This document shows positions 22,639 to 30,030 of a stretch of 64,000 bases of DNA, piece by piece. The translations under genes were made by a program, and so were the position numbers. Position 1 is the stretch's first letter, and each line of letters starts with the position of its first letter. Source of the stretch: Polyangiaceae bacterium (GTDB taxonomy: Bacteria; Myxococcota_A; Polyangia; Polyangiales; Polyangiaceae); NCBI GenBank assembly GCA_035063585.1, contig JAPSGB010000003.1:1-64000 (forward strand), given 5' to 3'. The notes beneath the pieces were generated by a model. That model saw only the letters and a program-made list of their open reading frames with translations, ran no database searches and had not been told where the DNA came from.

Positions 22639-23295
22639 TCACCCGCCGCTGCCGCCTTGGCCCCCCGCACCTCCGGAGCCCGAAGAGCCGCCGCTACCCG
22701 CCGCGCCTCCGGAGCCCGAAGAGCCGCCGCTACCCGCCGCGCCTCCGGAGCCCGAAGAGCCGCCGCTACCCGCCGCGCCTCCGGAGCCCGAAGAGCCGCC
22801 GCTACCCGCCGCACCTCCGGAGCCCGAAGAGCCGCCGCTACCCGCCGCGCCTCCGGCGCCCGAAGAGCCGCCGCTACCCGCCGCGCCTCCGGAGCCCGAA
22901 GAGCCGCCGGAACCCGCAGAGCCGCCGCTGCCCGCAGAGCCTCCCGAACCCGCAGAGCCTCCCGAACCCGCAGAGCCTCCCGAACCCGCAGAGCCACCGC
23001 TGCCCGCAGAGCCGCCGCTGCCCGCAGAGCCGCCGCTGCCCGCAGAGCCGCCGCTGCCCGCAGAGCCGCCGCTGCCCGCCGCACCTCCGGAGCCCGCAGA
23101 GCCGCCGGAACCCGCGGAACCGCCGCTGCCCGCCGCACCTCCGGAACCCGCCGCGCCGCCGGTGCCGCTGCCCGCCGCGCCGCCGCCACCAGCATCAATA
23201 TTGCTGCGATCGACCTCGGTGATGAGGGTGCAGCTTGCCAGCGGGAGGGCCAGACCAAGGCACAGGGCGACGAGAGCGTGGCGGGAAGATCGCAT
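22639..23295 (-). CDS. Lipoprotein made almost entirely of Gly/Ser/Ala repeats
   Basis: Signal peptide with LASC lipobox, short TLITEVDRSNID segment, then GSGGSA/GSGGAAGSGGSS repeats to the stop. Confidence 0.75.
   Translation of the reverse strand: MRSSRHALVALCLGLALPLASCTLITEVDRSNIDAGGGGAAGSGTGGAAGSGGAAGSGGSAGSGGSAGSGGAAGSGGSAGSGGSAGSGGSAGSGGSAGSGGSAGSGGSAGSGGSAGSGGSAGSGGSAGSGGSSGSGGAAGSGGSSGAGGAAGSGGSSGSGGAAGSGGSSGSGGAAGSGGSSGSGGAAGSGGSSGSGGAAGSGGSSGSGGAGGQGGSGG
22660..23160 (-). repeat. Hierarchical 18-bp/36-bp tandem repeat array
   Basis: Units such as cccgcagagccgccgctg (18 bp) and ccgccgcgcctccggagcccgaagagccgccgctac (36 bp) on the + strand. Confidence 0.9.
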
Positions 23296-23530
23296 GAATC
23301 AGCCTCTTGCAAGAGGCGCGGAGGCGCGCCGCTCCGCATTCTTCCTGCCTTGGCGGCCAAGCGCAAGGGGGAAGCTCCCTCACCTCCCGGCCCCAGCGGG
23401 CGAGTGGCGCATTTCCGTGGTGTGAGAGCCGGCCTCTCGCGAGCTCGAGCGGCGCGACGAACCGCGTGGTTCGGTCGACCGCGCGCCCGCGTTGGGCAAG
23501 GCCGCGCGGACGCTGCTAGGCTTCCCGACG

Positions 23531-24352
23531 ATGAAGCGACTCATCGGTGTCGTGGTGGCGGCCGCTGCCTCCCTCCTCCCCGCGGCCGCCGGCGCGCAGC
23601 AGCCGTACGGCTCGCAGTCCGCGAGTGACCCGCCGCCAGGCGGCGGCTTGCAGGCGGGAGACTTGACGCCGCCCCCGCCGATGCAGCCCGAGGAGAGTCG
23701 GGGCTCCGAGCGTACCGAGCAAGAGTTGCAAGAGGCGGAGCAGAAGGACTCGGGGCGCGGCCTCGAGTTTCTCTGGCTGAACGGGGAGGTCGGCTATCAG
23801 ATCCTCGGGCTACAGACGCTCAAAGCGAACAACTTGGTCGACGCGGGGGTCGTGAAGACCACGCAGCAGGGGTTGACCTACGGCGGCGGTGTCGGCGTCC
23901 GGCTCGTGTTCATTACGCTCGGCGCGCGGTTTCGTCTGGGCACCTTCGACGCTTTTCAGATGTGGACGCTCGGCGGTGAGCTCGGGCTCAGGATCCCGCT
24001 CGGTGATCTCGAGCCGTACTTCACCTTCGGCGGAGGCTACGCGTCGATGGGCTCGTTCGACACCGCGAACATCGGGCAGGACTTCAACAAGGCCGGCGTC
24101 GACATCACCGGGTACAACCTCCGCGCGGGCTTCGGGCTCGACTACTACCTCACGCCGGCGTTCTCGCTCGGCGCGAACCTGACCGGCGAGATGCTCGCGC
24201 TCACCCGCCCGGGGGTCGATCCTCGACAGCTCCAGGCGGGTACCGGAACCGGTCCGGGCGCGAGCGCGAGCGCGAGCGCCGTCTACAAGGCCGACGGGTC
24301 GAGCATCGGCGCGGCCACGACGCTGACGGCGGTCATCGGGCTGCACTTCTGA
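23531..24352 (+). CDS. Secreted outer-membrane beta-barrel protein
   Basis: Signal peptide MKRLIG...AAGA, Pro-rich linker, alternating beta strands, C-terminal GLHF. Confidence 0.75.
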   Translation: MKRLIGVVVAAAASLLPAAAGAQQPYGSQSASDPPPGGGLQAGDLTPPPPMQPEESRGSERTEQELQEAEQKDSGRGLEFLWLNGEVGYQILGLQTLKANNLVDAGVVKTTQQGLTYGGGVGVRLVFITLGARFRLGTFDAFQMWTLGGELGLRIPLGDLEPYFTFGGGYASMGSFDTANIGQDFNKAGVDITGYNLRAGFGLDYYLTPAFSLGANLTGEMLALTRPGVDPRQLQAGTGTGPGASASASAVYKADGSSIGAATTLTAVIGLHF

Positions 24353-24364
24353 GCTCAGGCGAAG

Positions 24365-25516
24365 GTGCTGCGGCTGATCGCTGAGGTCACCCTGCTCGTC
24401 GTCCCGCTGCTCTTGGCAGTCGGGCTGGTGCGAGGAGTGGGGAGGTCCCACCGGCTCTCGGCGCGCCTCGCCGCCGGTCTGGCGCTGGGGGGCGCGGCGA
24501 CTGGCGCGCTGTCGTCATGGGCGGAGCTCGCCATCCTGCGCTGGACCGGGCTCTCTCTGCAGGCCGACGCCACGGGCTCGAGCGGCGCGCTGCTCGCCAC
24601 CTTCCTGCTCGCCGCGCCGCTCGAGGAGGCGCTCAAGGTGCTCGTCGTCTGGCCGCTCTATCGCTCGCATCGACTGACCAGCCCCGTGCTTGGACTCGTC
24701 TATGCTGCCACCGCGGCCGCCGGGTTTGCCTCGGCCGAGGCGATCGCCCTCGTCCGGTCGTCCCCATTCGATGGGCTCCTCTTCACCCGGCTCGCGCTGG
24801 GTATCCCTGCCCACCTCTTCTTCGCCGGGCTCTGGGGCTACTGGCTCGGCTCGGTGCGCGGCGCGCGTGACAAGTGGTTCTCGCTCGCGTGGTTCTCCGC
24901 GATGCTGCTCCACGGTGTATACGACCACATCGTGTTCGGGCGCGGCCCCGGCTTCATGGTCGCCGCCGCGCCGCTGCTCATCGCCATGGCGCTCTTCACC
25001 TGGGGCGCGCTCCGCGAGGCCGCTCCGAAATCCGGGCCGATGGTCTCCGGTCGCCCGACGCTCCTTTCTGCGCTCGCGGAGCCGCCGTCACTCCGCGCGA
25101 TGCGCCGCGCCCTCCGGCGCACGGAGCGGCCGCTCATGATCCACTGGATCGCGATCGCGTCGCTCGTGACCATCGGTGTCATGATCGCCTGCATCGCCGG
25201 CGCCGTGGCCGTCGGCCATCGAGTCGGTATCGACTTCGCCATGGCCGACGAGGCGGACGTCCGCTCGAGCGGTCCGCTCGTCCTCATCGGCGCCGCCGTC
25301 CTCGCCGCGTTTCCCATCGCCGGCTACCTCGTCGCGAAGGCGAGCGCCGCCACCAGCGTGCTCGAGCCGGCGCTCGGCGCGCTCTTCGCGATTTTCGCGG
25401 TGCTCGCGCTCCTATCGGCCACCGCACCCGTCGCCGTCGTGTTCGCGGTCGCGGTCGCGCCGGTGGCGTTCGCGCTCGCGTGCGGCGGCGCCTGGTTCGG
25501 TCTCAGTCCATCCTGA
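24365..25516 (+). CDS. PrsW-family intramembrane glutamic protease with extra C-terminal TM domain
   Basis: PLEEALK, GFASAE, AHLFF, HGVYD motifs; about four additional TM helices. Confidence 0.8.
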   Translation: MLRLIAEVTLLVVPLLLAVGLVRGVGRSHRLSARLAAGLALGGAATGALSSWAELAILRWTGLSLQADATGSSGALLATFLLAAPLEEALKVLVVWPLYRSHRLTSPVLGLVYAATAAAGFASAEAIALVRSSPFDGLLFTRLALGIPAHLFFAGLWGYWLGSVRGARDKWFSLAWFSAMLLHGVYDHIVFGRGPGFMVAAAPLLIAMALFTWGALREAAPKSGPMVSGRPTLLSALAEPPSLRAMRRALRRTERPLMIHWIAIASLVTIGVMIACIAGAVAVGHRVGIDFAMADEADVRSSGPLVLIGAAVLAAFPIAGYLVAKASAATSVLEPALGALFAIFAVLALLSATAPVAVVFAVAVAPVAFALACGGAWFGLSPS

Positions 25517-25603
25517 GGGTGTGTCCACTGCAAAGTGCATCTATCCGAGCCCGCCTGACCGTGGGGGCTTGCGTCGCGCACACTCACGCATATCCTCGCA
25601 CCC

Positions 25604-26383
25604 ATGACGGCTCGCTCGTGGTTGAGGTCGCTGGGAGTACTCTCGATGCTCGCCGTGGGCGGTTGCGCCACCTCGGTCGACGATCTCGGCAACCTCGGCT
25701 CGGGCGGGGCCGCCTCGAGCACGGGCGGCGTGTCCGCCTCGGGCGGTAACTCGGGAACGGGCGGCACGCCCGGGAGCGGTGGCCTTCCTGGAACCAGCGG
25801 ATCTCCGGGGAGCGGTGGCCTTCCCGGAACCGGCGGGGCTTCGGGCTCGGGAGCTACCGGCGGCGTGGGCGGCACCGGCGCCACCGGCGGCTTGGCGGGT
25901 GCTGCGGGCGCGACCTCGGGCGGCGCCGGCGGAGCGTCCGGCACGGGCGGAGCGTCCGGCACCGGCGGAGCGTCCGGCACGGGGGGAGCGGCCGGCACCG
26001 GCGGAGCGACCGGCACCGGCGGAGCCGCCGGCACCGGCGGAGCGTCCGGCACCGGCGGAGCGGCGGGCTCGCCGGCAACGGGCAGTCCGGACACGATCGT
26101 CGGCAACGCGTGCGACGGCGACCTCGACTGCGACGGGTTGCCCGGCGCGTTCTGCAGCGGACCCGACGTCTGCACGGCGGCCTGCGTCCGCCACGCCGAC
26201 TGCGGGTGCCCGGCCGGGACCACGAACGGCGATATCCTCGCCGGCGCGTGCGCCGCGGCGTGCATCGACGTGACCGGATTCGGAGACGGCGCGTGCCTGC
26301 GCGTCTGCGACACCGCGCTCGACTGCTCCCGCTCCGCGCAGGCCTGCGAGACGATGACAGCCGGCTACGGCGTCTGCTACTGA
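25604..26383 (+). CDS. Lipoprotein with Gly-rich linker and C-terminal Cys-rich domain
   Basis: Lipobox VGGC, GTGGAS repeats, C-terminal domain with many Cys. Confidence 0.75.
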   Translation: MTARSWLRSLGVLSMLAVGGCATSVDDLGNLGSGGAASSTGGVSASGGNSGTGGTPGSGGLPGTSGSPGSGGLPGTGGASGSGATGGVGGTGATGGLAGAAGATSGGAGGASGTGGASGTGGASGTGGAAGTGGATGTGGAAGTGGASGTGGAAGSPATGSPDTIVGNACDGDLDCDGLPGAFCSGPDVCTAACVRHADCGCPAGTTNGDILAGACAAACIDVTGFGDGACLRVCDTALDCSRSAQACETMTAGYGVCY

Positions 26384-27834
26384 GTCGCGCCCCCGAGCGC
26401 TCCGCTCGCCGGATGCGCGGCTCGCCAGCGCGCGTACTCACCGCTCGTGAGGAGCGGATCTTCCGGGAGGGTTTGGAGCGGCGCGGAATCGGCGCGGGGC
26501 TCGTAGTCGTCACGCAGCAGCCGCTTCAAATCGAACGCGACGAAGCGCCCGATGAGGTGCGGCGCTTCGCTCACCCAGAGCACCCGCTCGGCGGTGTCCA
26601 TGATCACGCCGTGGGTGGCGATGAGCGCGTCGATGGCGCGTCGATCACCGAGCGGGAGCGCGGCGCCGCCCGCGCCGCGGCGATCCCGCAAGAGCTGCAC
26701 CGCATCCATCGCGGTGGCCGGGCGCTCGAGCGCGCGCACGAGCTCATCGCCGCGCGCGCGCCGAGCCAGCGTCGAGGTCGAGGCCCGCACGCGCTGGTTT
26801 GCCGGGTCCCCCGCGGACGGGCCCTCGAGGTGGTTGGTGGTGACCGCGCGCTCGGCGAGCGGTCGAACGAAGTCCGCTCTCCCCGGCACGCGCTCCACGG
26901 CGACCGCCGCGCCGCTGGCGTCGCTCACGACGACGATGTGGCTCACCATGGGCTCGCGCGCGGCGAGCGCAGCCACCGCCTCGCGCGTGGAGCGGGTCGT
27001 CGCGAGCACCCGCCGGAGCGCGTGCACCACCGGCTCGCCCCGCGCGCGCGCCTCCCCCGCGCGCCCGCCGTGCACGACCACCGCGACTCCTTCGGCGTTC
27101 ATCCCGCTCACCACGCCGACCAGGCCAGGCCACGCCACCGAGGCGAACGGGATCCCTCCCGGCTCGTGCACCAAGAAGACGGCCTTCTCCTCGTCGAAGA
27201 TCTCCGCGGCCTCGAAGTCGAACGCGCGCCCGAGGAGCGTACCGCCGCTCTCGGACGCCCCGTGGCTCAGCGTGAACGTCGTGCAGCCGATGAGTGGTGA
27301 CCGCTCGAAGGACAGCGAGATGTCGTAGAGCGCGCTCAGGTAGACGAACCGCTGGTAGGTCGGGAACGAGTCCGCGAACGGATCGGGACCAAACCCGAGC
27401 GCGGCGCCGGCGAGCTCTTCTCGCCGCGCGGGGTCCATGTCGCGATCGACGGCGTGGTAGCGGAGCTGCGCCAGGTCGAAGAGCAAGAGCCGCGCCGGCG
27501 CCGGGACGCTCCGCCGCAAGAGGCTCCAGAGCACGCCCTCGTTCTCGACCATGCTCGCCCGGAGCAGTCGCGCATGCGCGTAGCCGATGGTGGCGGGCGG
27601 CCCCTCGAGATGGACGACCGTGAGCGCGCCCCGGCGACCTACCCAGGAGCGCCCGAAGCGCCGGAGGCCAGGCTCGCTCCGTACTGCATCGGCCCCGGGG
27701 ACCTCGACCCTCGGCGGAGTCATGCGCGCGCGCCACCCGATGGCCAGATGCGCGACGATGAGCGCGGCGAGCGCGCCGACCAGCGAGAGCGCGGCCAGCC
27801 GCCTCCAGCGCGGGCGCGCCCGCGCTCGGCTCAT
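26377..27834 (-). CDS. C45-family autoproteolytic acyltransferase/peptidase (Ntn hydrolase)
   Basis: GCTTF nucleophile site, GRAFDF, SGMNAEG, VER, TNH; N-terminal TM. ATG overlaps the GT2 stop. Confidence 0.85.
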   Translation of the reverse strand: MSRARARPRWRRLAALSLVGALAALIVAHLAIGWRARMTPPRVEVPGADAVRSEPGLRRFGRSWVGRRGALTVVHLEGPPATIGYAHARLLRASMVENEGVLWSLLRRSVPAPARLLLFDLAQLRYHAVDRDMDPARREELAGAALGFGPDPFADSFPTYQRFVYLSALYDISLSFERSPLIGCTTFTLSHGASESGGTLLGRAFDFEAAEIFDEEKAVFLVHEPGGIPFASVAWPGLVGVVSGMNAEGVAVVVHGGRAGEARARGEPVVHALRRVLATTRSTREAVAALAAREPMVSHIVVVSDASGAAVAVERVPGRADFVRPLAERAVTTNHLEGPSAGDPANQRVRASTSTLARRARGDELVRALERPATAMDAVQLLRDRRGAGGAALPLGDRRAIDALIATHGVIMDTAERVLWVSEAPHLIGRFVAFDLKRLLRDDYEPRADSAPLQTLPEDPLLTSGEYARWRAAHPASGALGGATQ

Positions 27835-28532
27835 CGCGGCCTCGGCGTGGTACCTACTACGAGCAGCACTCGCCCGATGATGCGCGCCGGATCCATTGCC
27901 ACGTGGAAGTGAGTCACGCGTTCGTCCTCGGGCGGATAGACGACGTGGATCCGGCGCTCCACGATTTCCCAGTCGGCGCGCGCGGCACGGAGCACGAATT
28001 CGGACTCGAAGGCGAACCCGTCGGCGGCGACCGGGAGCGTGAACGCGCGCGGGAGCGGATACCGCCGGAGCCCACACTGGGTGTCCAGGAGGCGCCGGCG
28101 CGCGAAGTGCGACAGGAAAAAATTCGAGATCGCGTTGGAGAGCTGGTTGGCGCGCGGAGCGCCCGCTCGAGAGAGCGCGCGGACACCGAGGAGCAACGCC
28201 TCGGCTGGCGCCGGATCGACGAGCAAGCGGAGCGCCTCCCCCGGAGGGTGTTGCGCGTCCGCGTCGAGGGTCACTACCGCGTCCGAGCCGAGCGCCGCGG
28301 CGTGGACGAACCCGACGCGGAGCGCGGCGCCCTTGCCCTGGTTCCTCGGGAGCCGCACCACTTGCGCGCCCGCCTCGGCCGCGCGCGCGCCGGTCGCGTC
28401 GCGCGAGCCGTCGTCGACGACCAGCACGGACGGCGCGCCCGCCTGGGCGGGCCAATCGGCGAGGAGCGCGCGCACCAGCGAGCCCACGCTCGCCGCCGCC
28501 TCGAACGCGGGGATCACTATGGAGCGCTGCAT
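27831..28532 (-). CDS. Glycosyltransferase family 2 (DPM1-like)
   Basis: IVIPAF, VVDDGSRD, NQGKGAAL, LDADAQH, DTQCGLR. Confidence 0.9.
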   Translation of the reverse strand: MQRSIVIPAFEAAASVGSLVRALLADWPAQAGAPSVLVVDDGSRDATGARAAEAGAQVVRLPRNQGKGAALRVGFVHAAALGSDAVVTLDADAQHPPGEALRLLVDPAPAEALLLGVRALSRAGAPRANQLSNAISNFFLSHFARRRLLDTQCGLRRYPLPRAFTLPVAADGFAFESEFVLRAARADWEIVERRIHVVYPPEDERVTHFHVAMDPARIIGRVLLVVGTTPRPR

Positions 28533-28578
28533 CGCTCGCCCGGGTATATCACCACTCGACGCGCTCGCCGCTCGCGCC

Positions 28579-28771
28579 GCCGAGCCCGCGAGCCTGTTCG
28601 GCTGGGTGTCGGCCTCCTGTGCGCGCATGGTCGCCGCCGAGCCCGGCGGCCCGCGGCTCGCACTGACCCATGGGACGCCACGATCACGAGCTCGGGCAAG
28701 AAACCGCGGGGCGCCACCGAAGGCTGGGTGCCGCGCCACCGGTCGGCGGACGCGTCCGCGGATTGCTCGGC
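28579..28771 (+). ncRNA. ssrS: Probable 6S RNA
   Basis: 193-nt rod-like fold: GCCGAGC/GCTCGGC, CCGCG/CGCGG, CTGT(T)CGGCTGG/CCGGTCGGCGG with G-U pairs that only work on +, GTG-CGGC/GCCG-CAC, central bubble. Lies directly upstream of ygfA, the known ssrS-ygfA synteny. Confidence 0.7.
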
Positions 28772-28799
28772 TCGGATGGTCGGCGTAATAGAGCGACTC

Positions 28800-29420
28800 A
28801 TGGACGACCAACCCGCGTCGCTCGAGGAACTTCGGCGACAGGTGAAGCGGCAGCTCCGGCGCCGCATGACGAGCCTTCGCAAGGCGCTGCCCGAGTCAGC
28901 GATCGCCGCGCGCAGCGCTGCCATCGTCGAGCGGCTCGCTCGCCTCGACGCCGTGGTGGCGGCGCGCTCGGTGGCGCTGTTCTGGCCGATGGCGGAAAAG
29001 CACGAGGTGGATCTGCGCGCGCTCGACCGCCTCCTCGCCGACCAGGGGAAGGCTCGCTACTACCCGTTCATGGATCGGCTCCCCGAGGGCGGCTACCGCA
29101 CCGGGTTCCGACTCGTGAACGATCCGTCCGAGCTCGTGCTCCACGAGCAACGTTTCCACGAGCCACCCCTCACCGCGCCGGCGGCCGGCTCGACTGACAT
29201 CGACGTCATCGTGGTCCCTGCGCTGGCGCTCACGCACGCCGGCGCGCGCCTCGGCTACGGCGCGGGGTTCTACGACGCGACCATCCCGGATTTCCGCCCG
29301 CCCGCGCTCGCGGTGGCGATAGCCTTCGATTTTCAGCTCTTGGTGGAGCTGCCGACGGACGCGCACGACGTCAGTTGTGACATGATCGTCACCGATCACA
29401 GGACCCTCGTCGCGGGCTGA
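28800..29420 (+). CDS. ygfA: 5-formyltetrahydrofolate cyclo-ligase
   Basis: K..LR, EVD, EP, VVPALA, RLGYGAGFYD, HDV..D.IVT. Confidence 0.92.
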   Translation: MDDQPASLEELRRQVKRQLRRRMTSLRKALPESAIAARSAAIVERLARLDAVVAARSVALFWPMAEKHEVDLRALDRLLADQGKARYYPFMDRLPEGGYRTGFRLVNDPSELVLHEQRFHEPPLTAPAAGSTDIDVIVVPALALTHAGARLGYGAGFYDATIPDFRPPALAVAIAFDFQLLVELPTDAHDVSCDMIVTDHRTLVAG

Positions 29421-29431
29421 CTCGCGCCGAA

Positions 29432-29461
29432 CCGGCCCCCCTACACGAGGGGCGGGGCCGG
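29432..29461. terminator. GC-rich hairpin between convergent ygfA and fur
   Basis: CCGGCCCC...GGGGCCGG stem; no U-tract. Confidence 0.4.
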
Positions 29462-29473
29462 CTGCGGAGCCTC

Positions 29474-29986
29474 TCAGCTCCGGCGCTTCGTACGCGCCGA
29501 CCGCTGCCGCTCCTGACAGCTCGCGCAGAGGCCGTAGAGTTCGTGCTTGTGGCTGCGGATGTCGAAGCCGTAGCGCTCGGCCACCCGCTCTTGCAGCTCC
29601 TCGATGCGAGGCTCCTCGAATTCCGTGATATCGCCGCACTCGACGCAGATGAGGTGATCGTGGTGAGCGTCCTCGTCGGCGAGCTCATAGCGAGTGAAGC
29701 CGTCACCGAACTTGCGCTCGAGCGCGATCCCGCCGTCGGTGAGCATCTTCATGGTGCGGTAGACGGTCGCGTAGCCGATGCGCGGATCTTCCGCCTTCAC
29801 GCGGCGGAGGAGCTCATCGATCGTGATGTGCTCCACGGAGTCGAAGAAGGTGTCGATGATGACGCGGCGCTGCTCGGTCGATCTCAGGCCGTGCTTGGCC
29901 ATGTGGCCGTCGAGCAGCGCCCGAAGTCGAGCCACGTTCGGCGCGTGGGGCTCGCCACCTGCGATCTTGCTTCCTCCGCGCGTCAC
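29474..29986 (-). CDS. fur: Fur-family metalloregulator
   Basis: RSTEQR, IGYATVYRTM, HHDHLICVECG, EF, HELYGLCASC. GTG start chosen because TTGACC-17nt-GATATG lies 7 nt upstream. Confidence 0.9.
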   Translation of the reverse strand: MTRGGSKIAGGEPHAPNVARLRALLDGHMAKHGLRSTEQRRVIIDTFFDSVEHITIDELLRRVKAEDPRIGYATVYRTMKMLTDGGIALERKFGDGFTRYELADEDAHHDHLICVECGDITEFEEPRIEELQERVAERYGFDIRSHKHELYGLCASCQERQRSARTKRRS

Positions 29987-30030
29987 TCCTCGCCATATCG
30001 CGCTCACCCGGCGAGAGGTCAAGCCGCGAC

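Noticed and set aside
22635..23222. Plus-strand Arg/Pro-rich repeat ORFs over the 36-bp array; possible CRISPR
   Set aside because: The repeats are contiguous with no unique spacers and no cas genes. Only the minus-strand frame has a signal peptide.
23302..23317. Perfect 16-bp palindrome GCCTCTTGCAAGAGGC just upstream of the Gly/Ser lipoprotein
   Set aside because: No loop, no second copy seen, and no match to sigma54 spacing; a function cannot be supported.
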